The notes under the pieces: model-generated
The model's input: only the letters and a program-made list of their open reading frames with translations
Told to the model about the DNA's origin: nothing
Databases searched by the model: none
Position numbers and translations under genes: made by a program
Assembly (NCBI GenBank): GCA_965226885.1
Contig: CBDDEL010000015.1
Span: 384,001 to 448,000 of the forward strand
Length of the DNA stretch: 64,000 nucleotides
Source of the DNA: Opitutales bacterium
GTDB taxonomy: Bacteria > Verrucomicrobiota > Verrucomicrobiia > Opitutales > UBA2987
Direction: 5' to 3'
In this document: one piece after another, positions 20,596 to 30,096 of the stretch
Numbering within the stretch: the stretch's first letter is position 1
Layout: every line of letters begins with the position of its first letter

Positions 20596-22173
20596 TTAGG
20601 GATCGGGTTTTTCTTCGCGGGCCGCCAGAGGGACAAGGAATCCTACTTCCTCGGCAACCGGAAGATGCCCTGGTTTCTGGTCGGAATCAGCGTCATAGCA
20701 ACGATTCTCTCGACCGCGAGTTACGTGGCTGTACCCGGAGAAATGATCCGATATGGTGTCGGATTTTCAGCCTCCCTTCTGGCCTTCATCCTTATTATTC
20801 CGTTTGTGAACCGGATCATCATTCCATTTCTCATGAATTTGTCCGTCACGAGCGTTTACGAGTATATCGAAGAGCGCTTCAGTTTGCCGACCCGCATCCT
20901 CGCCGCTTCGTCCTTTATATTTGCCCGTCTCATCTGGAGCGGCCTGATCATCTACATGGCTTCCTTCGCCATTGCGGCCATGACCGGCTGGAACAAACCC
21001 CTGGTTATCCTGTTCATCGGTCTCATCACGACGGTTTACACCTCCGCGGGTGGAATCACTGCGGTCATATGGAGTGATTTCGCGCTGTTTGTCATCCTGT
21101 TGGGCGGGGCTATATTCGTGCCGGGATACATCGCCATCGCCACCGACGCGGGTCCCCTCGCCTGGTGGGAAACCTTTTCCGCGGCAGGCAGAACCGAGGT
21201 GCCTGTATTCAGCCTCGACCCTGGGGTGCGGCTGACCATGGTGGGAATGATCGTCTCCAGTTTTATTTGGAACATCTGCACTCATGGGGCTGACCAAATA
21301 GCCGCCCAACGCTACCTGAGCACCCCCTCCGTTGCAGCCGCCCGCCGCTCGGTCTGGATTTTTTCCATCGCAAGCGTAGGCATGATTTTGCTTCTGATGC
21401 TTGTTGGGTTGGCCCTTTCTTTCTTTTTCTTCGAGCAATCCGATCTCACGGTCCAGGAATTCCAGGAAAGTATCGCTCCTCAAGCGGACCAGATGTTTCC
21501 CCGGTTCATCGCAAACCAGCTTCCTCCGGGAGTGTCCGGATTGATCCTGGCCGCCCTTCTCGCCGCCGCCATGTCCAGCCTGAGTTCGGCTATCAATTCC
21601 ATTTCCACGGTGGCGGTTACCGATTTCCTGGATCGCTTCAAAGTTCTTCAGAAATACCAGGACCACCTCTACCTCGCTGTCGGCATGGCGGTTTTAACCG
21701 GGCTGCTCGGGGTAATTTCCGCTTTAACCATAAACCAGTTCATGGAAACGTCGGAATGGAATCTCCTTGAACTGATGCAACGCCTCGACCACCTCTTCGT
21801 CGCCCCGTTGGGGGTTCTCTTTTTTGTGGGCTTTCTTTTTCCCCGGGCCGATACGCGGGCCGCCCTCACCGGGTTCATCGCCGGTGTGGCCACCAGTGTA
21901 TCCATCGCTTTCAGCAAGTCGCTTTTCGGCCTGGAACAACCAATCGGGTTCATCTGGGTCATTCCTGGATCCTTTTTCATAAGCTTTGTTGTCTCCTGGT
22001 TGATGAGCCAGTTCTTACCCAGAAAATCACTCACTCCCTGAATCTATACTTCCATTCTTCCCGTTCACGGTATTGAATTTCCTCTCAACCACACCAAGCT
22101 GGAGGGCCGCTGGGCAGAAGGCGGTGCCAAGTTCATGGATATCGGACAGAATTCTAAAGAGAGGTGATTTCGG

Positions 22174-23220
22174 ATGGAATACCGCAGAATGGGATCGAGC
22201 GGCTTGAAGGTGTCTGAGTTCTGTCTTGGGACCATGACCTTCGGGTATAGCGTGAACGAAGTGGAGGCTCGTCGCATGGTGGACCTGGCGATGGATGCGG
22301 GGGTGAATTTTTTCGATACCGCAAATGCCTACAACGACGGAGAGTCTGAGATCATTTTGGGTAAGGCCCTCAAGGGCCGGCGGCGTGACGCGGTAGTCGC
22401 CACCAAGGTTTTCAACCCTGTCGGTCCCGGGCCCAACGATTCGGGGGTGTCGCGGTTGCATATTATCAATGCGATCGAAGACAGCCTGCGGCGCCTCGAT
22501 ATGGACTACGTGGATCTATTTTATGTCCACCACGTGGACGTTCAGACACCGCTGGAAGAGATGCTCAGGGCGTTGGACGATCTGGTGCACCAAGGCAAGG
22601 TGCGGTATATCGGCTGCAGCAATTATCAGGCGTGGCGCCTCTGCGAGGCGCTCTGGATCAGCGAAACGAAGAATCTAGCCCGCTTTGCTTGCTATCAGCC
22701 TCAATACAGCTTGGTGGTGCGGGATATCGATCAGGAATTGATGCCGCTGTGCCGCGAGAAGGGGCTGGGGGTTGCGGTGTGGAGCCCGCTGGCCGGAGGG
22801 TTCCTTGCAGGCGGATACAACCCGGGGGAACGTTCCGTGCCGGGCACACGGTCGGCGGACGACTGGGGAATCCCGAAGGATTTTTTTGCGCCGAATGCGG
22901 ATGAGTCGCTGCGGGTGCTTCTGGAGGTGGCCGAGGGGCTGCACCCCGCTCACGTGGCGATCCGCTGGGTGCTGGAGCAACCCGGGATTACATCGGCGAT
23001 TGTCGGCGCCCGTAACGCGGAGCAGTTGAGGAATAATCTGGGCGCGTGCGGCTGGAGGCTTGAGGAGGAGGTGCTCAACCGGCTGAATGAGGTTTCTCGT
23101 CTGCCGGACCGTTACCCGGAGTCAATGGAGAGAGATATGCGCGAACGGCGCGATCAGGCAGTGGTTGGCGGCATCCAACCTCTGTCGCCCGACACGCGGA
23201 CCGCGGGACCGGAAAAGTAG
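22174..23220 (+). CDS. Aldo/keto reductase
   Basis: SGLKVSEFCLGTMTFG, FFDTANAY, VVATK, WSPLAGGFL. Confidence 0.93.
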   Translation: MEYRRMGSSGLKVSEFCLGTMTFGYSVNEVEARRMVDLAMDAGVNFFDTANAYNDGESEIILGKALKGRRRDAVVATKVFNPVGPGPNDSGVSRLHIINAIEDSLRRLDMDYVDLFYVHHVDVQTPLEEMLRALDDLVHQGKVRYIGCSNYQAWRLCEALWISETKNLARFACYQPQYSLVVRDIDQELMPLCREKGLGVAVWSPLAGGFLAGGYNPGERSVPGTRSADDWGIPKDFFAPNADESLRVLLEVAEGLHPAHVAIRWVLEQPGITSAIVGARNAEQLRNNLGACGWRLEEEVLNRLNEVSRLPDRYPESMERDMRERRDQAVVGGIQPLSPDTRTAGPEK

Positions 23221-23339
23221 CAATTGTGTTCCCGACCGGCAAAGCCCTCTCCACCGTGTGCGCCGATGCCGACGATACGCTGGGCAGTCATGATGTGGGA
23301 GCAGAATCGGGAGCAACACACTGACCCCTGCTTTCACCC

Positions 23340-24275
23340 TCACTCTGAGTATGGATAGAGCGCGTCGGCGTCTTTTTTCAGGACGCGCCGAATCGCCTTC
23401 TGGCAGGATTGAGTGAGTGGGTAGTTGAGGTGATTTTTCCAGGTGCGGAAAATGCCCATTTCTACCAGAAGATGTTTTTCTCCCGAGAGCCAGCAGGCGC
23501 ATTTTTGGCCGCCGTATACGTCAAACATGATGCGGTTCATGCGGGCCTGGAGCTGTTTGGCAAGAGCGATGTTCTTCTGCGACACTGCGGTGATGATCTG
23601 CAAAGCGAGATATCCGTTGAAAACTCCGCCACCCAGTAGCAGCCCGTTATAACCTGCGACGAGATATTCAACACAGTTAAACTCGTCTCCGCTGAGCAGG
23701 CATAGGTCGGGACGTTTTTTTCGGGCCGCCAGAGCGATGCGCCGGCGCTCAGGGTTGGCGGAACTGTCTTTCACAAGAACCACTTTCGGTTCGGCGTAGG
23801 CGGCTTTAATGACCTGATCGGGAATGATCACGGACCCTGCGAGGCCCCGGTCGTAGATGCCTACCGGCAGAGGGCAGCTTCGGATGGTTTCCAGGTAGAG
23901 GTCGCGCAAGTTCTGTGGCGTGGTGTTGAACCGAAAGTAGGGCGGAGCAATAACCGCGATGTCGGCACCGTCTTCTTTTGCGGCCCGCATATTCTCCCGC
24001 ATGCGTTGGGCAGAATTATCGGTGACCTGTACGGCAATGGGCAATTTGCCTTTTGCGTATTTTGCAACCGTCTGGATAAGAATCCGGCGATCGACATCGG
24101 TCATCCAGGGGCCTTCGCCATTGGTGCCGGCAAGAAAAAGACCTTTGATACCCAGCCGGATTTGGTGGTCTACCATCCGTCTTACGGCGACCCTGTCGAT
24201 GGACATTCTACCCGTGAAGGGTGTCGGCGATGCAGACCAGACGCCGGAGAAATTCATCTTTGATTGGAGAGGCAT
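23340..24275 (-). CDS. DHDPS/NanA-family lyase/aldolase
   Basis: ASPTPF, GLFLAGTNGEG, PVGIYD, VKDSS, LSGDE. Confidence 0.9.
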   Translation of the reverse strand: MPLQSKMNFSGVWSASPTPFTGRMSIDRVAVRRMVDHQIRLGIKGLFLAGTNGEGPWMTDVDRRILIQTVAKYAKGKLPIAVQVTDNSAQRMRENMRAAKEDGADIAVIAPPYFRFNTTPQNLRDLYLETIRSCPLPVGIYDRGLAGSVIIPDQVIKAAYAEPKVVLVKDSSANPERRRIALAARKKRPDLCLLSGDEFNCVEYLVAGYNGLLLGGGVFNGYLALQIITAVSQKNIALAKQLQARMNRIMFDVYGGQKCACWLSGEKHLLVEMGIFRTWKNHLNYPLTQSCQKAIRRVLKKDADALYPYSE

Positions 24276-24299
24276 GATGATTAACCTATCTTAGTTCTC

Positions 24300-24396
24300 C
24301 AATTCGTAAATACGTTGATGTATGTGGGAGCGGGCGCTTTTGGCGCTGCCCAGCATCCAAAATCGCCTCGACATACATCATCGCATTTACAAATTG
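24300..24396. repeat. Imperfect 33-bp inverted repeat between divergent genes
   Basis: 24300-24332 pairs with 24364-24396, 27/33 matches. Confidence 0.75.
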
Positions 24397-24523
24397 ATTA
24401 CTTCATTCTCTATCCACCGTTAACACGTTACAAACATTTCCTGATCCCTTTTCCAATCGTTCGCCATCCCTGCCTTTAAGTCGTAATATCCGCCAATAGC
24501 CACCCACAGACTCATTCATAATC

Positions 24524-27187
24524 GTGAATATTATCAGCGCGATAATAAAAACCGCTTTCGAAATGAACGATGGCCCGCCCGGTCGCGACCATCATCGGAT
24601 GTCTGCTCGGTATTCAACGCCTGTATCGGCGATGTCCTGCCGCATTGCGCTTGCCTGTGGGTTGTTGATCATCGGCGCCGCTCGTGGCGAACCGGGGCGG
24701 GGGCAGTCGACTCTAGTAGAATGGAATCTTGAAGCGCCATTCCCCTACGTTCATGGAGGGACCAGAACCTGGCCCATTTTTCGCGGGCTGTTGCCTGAAG
24801 GAACCGGTATTACCCTGACCGCGCGGCACGATGATGAGCTGCTGGGCGAGGGAGAAGTGTTACATTTCTCCGGTTTTCGCATTTCGATCAACCAACAGGA
24901 TCATCTTCAGGTGACTTCGGAGCAGGCCAGTCCGATGATGTCGTTCGAACTGGAGGTCGCACTAAGTTGGCCAGACGGCGCCTCTGAGTCGCAAAAACTG
25001 GAGGTGCGCCCAGCGCCGCCGAATCGGCCCATTTCCTACGTGGCCGATTTCATAGACGACATTATCAGTATCTTCCAGACTTCGAATGGCATGGGATTCC
25101 GCAATATCGAAAAGAGTGCTTTTGATCAATACTTTCGGCGGTTGCAGGCACAAGGAATTACCCGCCTTATCGTCTGGCTGTTTCCATTTCCCTTTATAGT
25201 CGATCCGGGAAATTACCCGGTTGAGGATTGGGACCGCTATGAAAAGCAGGCCCGCGCGATCCTCGAAAGCAAAGAGCTTACCAAAGCATTTCAAGAGCAT
25301 GGGAAATCCGTCAGCTGGGTGTGGATAAGGAAGCAACTCGAGCTGCGCCTCATGAAAAACTTCGGTGCCCTGCTGTCTGATAGCGCCATCGACCACGGTA
25401 TCTCCCTGACAGTTAGCTTTCGGCCGTTTGAAGCCGCAGTCACCAAATTCATCAATCCGGTCCCCGTTTTTGACAGCGACGGGAGATTTCTCTGGAATTT
25501 CCTGCCTATTGCGACCCCGATCGTCAACTACCACCCGGATCAAGCTTGCTTTGCCCACTACCGTACCATCCTGGGCGAAATGGGATTGTCGGATTTCGGA
25601 AAAATCGATACTATCGAAATACCAGGAGTGCAAAATGCTGATGCTTTTCTGAAACGATTTCTTGCCCAGCGAGATAATCTGAAAATACTGGCAAGTGAAT
25701 TCGCTCCCCTGCGCGAAGATACCTTTGTCCTGCGCCGCCGTCAGGACGGTTCTTTCGAGACTCTTCGCTTTCGTGAAATCCAACCCGAGGTCGAAAAAGC
25801 CCTTCATGTCGTAACCGGCTACAATATAGAACCTGCTGAAAACGACAGTCTAAGAATCACCGGCTTGGATGTTCCCAATCACTGCGGATTTATACTTCTC
25901 ACGAATCCTGCCGAGGTCCCGGAGGCGCTCGATCTTTCAGCGCGCGAACCTGTCAGGTTGTATTCCAAGACCGGTACGCGCCTGGGCCGTAAAAACGTCT
26001 GGTGGGTCCTGAACGACAGCACCGAGCAGCGCAGGAAAACGCTAGTTGCGGGTATCTCTCCTGAAAACGGGGATAATACCGATTTTTTTACTACCGAGCG
26101 CAGTTTGGAGTTCCTAAGGGCCGGGCCGGGCCGGCTGCAGTTGATCGACAACATCCTCGTGATCGATCGCGGGGCGCCGTGGTCGGTGGAAATGATGGAT
26201 TTTAACCAGGCGCCCATGAGGCAAAACGTCGTGAGAGAGTTGAGAACCGTGCTTTCATATCCGGCTTTCGACGAAATCTTCATCAACACCCGGTCTCATA
26301 CCCAGTTGGCCGGTTATATGGGCGATGGCGAGCTGGGCATTCGGCCCGGCGCCTGGTATCGCGACAAAAATATGAACTACAAACACCTTGGAATCGATCT
26401 GGCGTACGCGCCCCGTACCGTAGCACGGGCGGCTCGATTTCGAAAGCTGGCATCCGATCCCAGCACCGTCGAACAGATTACGACGAACCAGGCTGGGGAA
26501 TGGAATGAGACCTGCCAATCGCCCGATTCACCTTATTGCTGGCGTTACACCCGCAATCAGGAGATCGCCCAAGGCGTGCGGAAATTGCTTGTCGACCTTC
26601 AACAGACCTTTCCCGGCGTGCGGATCCGCGCGGTTATACCCGAACGCGAGCGTGTTTTTCACGCCGTCAAAGAGGAAGTCGCTAAAGATAGTTTGGTAGA
26701 GGACGCCGAGCAAAACGTTGCTACCTATGGCCAACTCTACGGCTTGGACTGGTACCACAACTTCTGGCGCAGAACGAATCACATTCCATCTCTTTGTGAA
26801 GGCATGGCGCTGTTGGACCTCACGGGGCTTTCGGTTGAACCGGTGTTTCTGGGCATCCGCCACTTGCCGGCGCAACGGCCTCTTGATTTCTATCTACGAG
26901 AGTGCATCAAGGATATGACAGATAATCATGGCTCAGACTTTCAGGGGCCCCGCAGCTTTTTCTATGAAACCAACCCCACTTTCAGCTTCGAGCCGGCAGC
27001 GCAGGCCCGACGTCGCCGAGAACAAATCGTCTGCTATCTGTTGTCTCATAAGCGAGATATTAACGAAGTGATTCTCTACGAAGCCGCGACTTTGGTGTGG
27101 CACCTGGATATTTCCGACCCTGATCTCTACGGCCACGGTTTTCTGGACCATGCTGATGAGATACTCAGCGAACTTGACATACCGTAG
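24524..27187 (+). CDS. Large hypothetical secreted protein (up to 887 aa)
   Basis: Signal-like RIALACGLLIIGAARG; no family confidently recognised; start uncertain; directly upstream of paralogs 3 and 4. Confidence 0.75.
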   Translation: MNIISAIIKTAFEMNDGPPGRDHHRMSARYSTPVSAMSCRIALACGLLIIGAARGEPGRGQSTLVEWNLEAPFPYVHGGTRTWPIFRGLLPEGTGITLTARHDDELLGEGEVLHFSGFRISINQQDHLQVTSEQASPMMSFELEVALSWPDGASESQKLEVRPAPPNRPISYVADFIDDIISIFQTSNGMGFRNIEKSAFDQYFRRLQAQGITRLIVWLFPFPFIVDPGNYPVEDWDRYEKQARAILESKELTKAFQEHGKSVSWVWIRKQLELRLMKNFGALLSDSAIDHGISLTVSFRPFEAAVTKFINPVPVFDSDGRFLWNFLPIATPIVNYHPDQACFAHYRTILGEMGLSDFGKIDTIEIPGVQNADAFLKRFLAQRDNLKILASEFAPLREDTFVLRRRQDGSFETLRFREIQPEVEKALHVVTGYNIEPAENDSLRITGLDVPNHCGFILLTNPAEVPEALDLSAREPVRLYSKTGTRLGRKNVWWVLNDSTEQRRKTLVAGISPENGDNTDFFTTERSLEFLRAGPGRLQLIDNILVIDRGAPWSVEMMDFNQAPMRQNVVRELRTVLSYPAFDEIFINTRSHTQLAGYMGDGELGIRPGAWYRDKNMNYKHLGIDLAYAPRTVARAARFRKLASDPSTVEQITTNQAGEWNETCQSPDSPYCWRYTRNQEIAQGVRKLLVDLQQTFPGVRIRAVIPERERVFHAVKEEVAKDSLVEDAEQNVATYGQLYGLDWYHNFWRRTNHIPSLCEGMALLDLTGLSVEPVFLGIRHLPAQRPLDFYLRECIKDMTDNHGSDFQGPRSFFYETNPTFSFEPAAQARRRREQIVCYLLSHKRDINEVILYEAATLVWHLDISDPDLYGHGFLDHADEILSELDIP

Positions 27188-27240
27188 GGAATGGAAATTT
27201 ATCTTGCCCCAGGCATTGATCTTCCAATCAACTATCAAGA

Positions 27241-30042
27241 ATGGCCTTCAACCGTATTATCCTCGCCATCTCCATGGGAGCTTTTATGTGCGAACCCTTG
27301 GCGTCTGCTCCCGAGTTCAGGTCATGGATAGAGGAAACCTTTGAGGATTTCTCGGATGGTCAGTTTGACGGCGCCGGCGCTAACCTTTACGTGTCCGCCA
27401 AGGGCACCGTGCAGCTGATCAACCGGTGGGACCTCAACCAGGACGGCCACATCGACCTCTTTTTTGGCAATACCCATGATTTGAAGTACGTCGTGCCGGC
27501 CTCGATCTATTTCCAGGGACAAGCAAAGCAGATCGCTTTGCCTTCAAAGGGCGGCTACCGAATGGGTTCAGCCGATCTCAATGGCGACGGCTATAGAGAT
27601 CTGGTGCTGGGAAACCGTGACAACAATGTGAGCAAGCGACTCAACTCGTATGTTTACTGGGGATCGGTCAATGGTTATTCTGAGGATCGCCGCACTGAGT
27701 TGTGGAGTGAGGGAATTTCGGGCATTGCCAGCGGTGATCTCAACCGCGACGGTTTTCCCGACCTGGTGTTTGCCAACGAGGTAAGTGATGTCTCTTTTAT
27801 TTATTGGGGAGGGATTGAGGGATTTTCCAACGGGGACCGGACCGATGTCCCTACCCGTGGGGCAAAAGGCGTGGCCATCGCAGATCTCGACCAGGACGGC
27901 GCCCTTGATCTGATCTTCGCCAACGGCAGCGGTGATGCCGGGGGTTCGTTTATTTACATGGGGGGCTCTGAAGGTTTTGCAAATGCCAGTAGCGGTCCGG
28001 TGATTTTGGAAACACGGCGGCCCGTGGGGGTGGCAGTGGGAGACTTGGACCGGGACGGGCACCTCGATCTGGTTTTCGCCAATAGCGAACGCGATAGAGA
28101 CGGGACCGCCCGGACCACTATCTACTGGGGGAGTCGCAACGGCTATTCGGGCGCTCGACGGCTCGCCCTGCCCGCCGACGGAGCCAGCGGCGTGGCGTTG
28201 GCCGATTTGGACGGCAACGGATACCTCGACCTGGTAGTCCCCTGCATTTATACGGGTCTGCGCCATTGGATGGTACGAATGTATCGGGACAGGGGGGCGG
28301 CGGAGGGAGATCCCCCCTCCTTGATTTACTGGGGTGGAAGCGAGGGATATTCGGCGCAGCGCATGACCGCACTGCCCACCTACGCAGCCACCTCCTGCAG
28401 CATTGGAGATTACAATCGCGACGGCAGACTGGATGTGGCCTTTAGCCAGTTACGTAACAAGAGACAATTCGAGGCTGACTCCCTTTTGTTCCTGAACACC
28501 GCCTCCGGTATCAACCTGGAAAATCCACTCCCTTTCAAAACTGTGGGCGCAACCGACGTGGTGATGGATGATTTCAATGGCGACGGAATGCCCGACCTGG
28601 CCTTTGCCAATAAGATCAGCGGAAATGCCGAGAGCACGGTTCCAAGCTACGTCTATTGGGGAAGCCAGGAGGGTTACTCAGCCGATAATCGCCTTTCTCT
28701 GCCTTCATCGAGTGCCAACGAGGGTAAATTCGCAGACTTTAACGATGACGGCTGGACGGACGTTCTGGTCGTCAACATGGATCACGGTGACCACACCCTG
28801 AAAACGGGAGGCAGAATCTTTTTCGGCGATGCGCAAGGTATTTCGCCGGATCGCTTCAGCCGTGTGGATGTGGACTTGCCCTATGGCTCTTCCGTGGCCG
28901 ATCTCAACAAGGACGGTTATCTCGACATCGTCTTTTCAACAACACCCGACGACGAGGCTGAGAATGCCCTCTTCGTTTACTGGGGCGGATCCCGGGGTTA
29001 CTTACGGCAGCGGCGCACGGAGCTTCCCCATCGCGACGGCAGAGCCACCGCTATCGGGGATCTCAATCACGATGGCTACCTCGACGTTGTCGCTGCAAGT
29101 GTAGGAGAAAGCATAGTGAGAATTTTCTGGGGAGGCCGGGATGGATTTTCGGCCACTCGGTTCCGGTCGCTGCCGGGTTTGAGCCCCGTCTCGACGGAGA
29201 TTGCGGACCTCAATGCGGACGGCTATCTGGATCTCGTGCTATGTAACTTCAGGAATCCAAGGACCCACAACCACGGGGTGCAGTCCTATATCTACTGGGG
29301 TGGTCCATCGGGCCCGGGCCCGGAGCGTCGCAGTGAGTTGCCCACCATGGCTGCACACGACGCCACCGTGATTGATCTTAACCGGGACGGACATCTGGAT
29401 GTCATCTTCAGCAATTATCGAAGTAATGATTCACGGATCATTCCCGCCTATGCGTATTGGGGCAGTTCGACTGGCTTTGATCCTCGCCACCGCTCGCTTC
29501 TTCCCGCCAGGGGCGGGGCGGGTATGTTGGCGGCTGACTTGAACGGCGACGGAATCGTTGACTTGGTCTTCGCCAATCACAGCGACAACGAGGGGAACCA
29601 TCAGATTGACTCCATGATCCTGTGGGGAAACCGGCAGGGCCATCAAGGGATGGAAGTCACCTGGTTGCCGGCGCTGGGACCTCATAACATGCTCACAGTG
29701 GACGTCGGAAACCGCCATACCCGAGAATTGAAAGAGGAGTATGTTTCGTCCTTTCACCAGGAGGAACAAGGGTTTTCCACGATCCGTTTATTTTGGGAGG
29801 GAGAGACTCCTCATGGCACCGAGTTGCTCTTTCAGATTCGTTCTGCCGCAAGTCGAGAGGAATTGGACAAGGCCTCCTGGAAAGGTCCTTTGGGTGCGGA
29901 GAGCTTTTTTGAGTCTTCCGGACAGCAGCTTTTGCTTTCAGGGACCCAACACTTCTGGCTGCAATACCGGGTCCTTCTCGAGACACCCGATGGAGGAAAC
30001 AGCCCGTTGCTGCATAAGGTCGAAGTGCAAACGCGACATTAG
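27241..30042 (+). CDS. Secreted 14-repeat FG-GAP/VCBS-like protein, paralog 3 (933 aa)
   Basis: WIEETFEDFSDG..GANLYV; 14 repeats; LFQIRSA...WLQYRV. Confidence 0.9.
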   Translation: MAFNRIILAISMGAFMCEPLASAPEFRSWIEETFEDFSDGQFDGAGANLYVSAKGTVQLINRWDLNQDGHIDLFFGNTHDLKYVVPASIYFQGQAKQIALPSKGGYRMGSADLNGDGYRDLVLGNRDNNVSKRLNSYVYWGSVNGYSEDRRTELWSEGISGIASGDLNRDGFPDLVFANEVSDVSFIYWGGIEGFSNGDRTDVPTRGAKGVAIADLDQDGALDLIFANGSGDAGGSFIYMGGSEGFANASSGPVILETRRPVGVAVGDLDRDGHLDLVFANSERDRDGTARTTIYWGSRNGYSGARRLALPADGASGVALADLDGNGYLDLVVPCIYTGLRHWMVRMYRDRGAAEGDPPSLIYWGGSEGYSAQRMTALPTYAATSCSIGDYNRDGRLDVAFSQLRNKRQFEADSLLFLNTASGINLENPLPFKTVGATDVVMDDFNGDGMPDLAFANKISGNAESTVPSYVYWGSQEGYSADNRLSLPSSSANEGKFADFNDDGWTDVLVVNMDHGDHTLKTGGRIFFGDAQGISPDRFSRVDVDLPYGSSVADLNKDGYLDIVFSTTPDDEAENALFVYWGGSRGYLRQRRTELPHRDGRATAIGDLNHDGYLDVVAASVGESIVRIFWGGRDGFSATRFRSLPGLSPVSTEIADLNADGYLDLVLCNFRNPRTHNHGVQSYIYWGGPSGPGPERRSELPTMAAHDATVIDLNRDGHLDVIFSNYRSNDSRIIPAYAYWGSSTGFDPRHRSLLPARGGAGMLAADLNGDGIVDLVFANHSDNEGNHQIDSMILWGNRQGHQGMEVTWLPALGPHNMLTVDVGNRHTRELKEEYVSSFHQEEQGFSTIRLFWEGETPHGTELLFQIRSAASREELDKASWKGPLGAESFFESSGQQLLLSGTQHFWLQYRVLLETPDGGNSPLLHKVEVQTRH

Positions 30043-30096
30043 CGGGGAGCAGAACCCTGTCTACAATCTGCCAAATCAAAAATGTGGGGCAATATT

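Larger units (their letters stand above)
19408..22041 (+). pseudogene. Second SSS symporter, interrupted by IS630 after codon 19
   Basis: 19408-19464 encodes MHLHPHDFVVITLYFGGLL and continues GIGFFFAGRQR after the IS; colinear with the 13756 paralog (MHLHTLDFVVITLYLVGLLGVGFFFAGRQK). Confidence 0.92.

Noticed and set aside
13756..22041. Diversity-generating retroelement or gene-conversion cassette behind the paralog similarity
   Set aside because: No reverse transcriptase; differences between SSS copies are spread throughout, frequently synonymous and not adenine-specific
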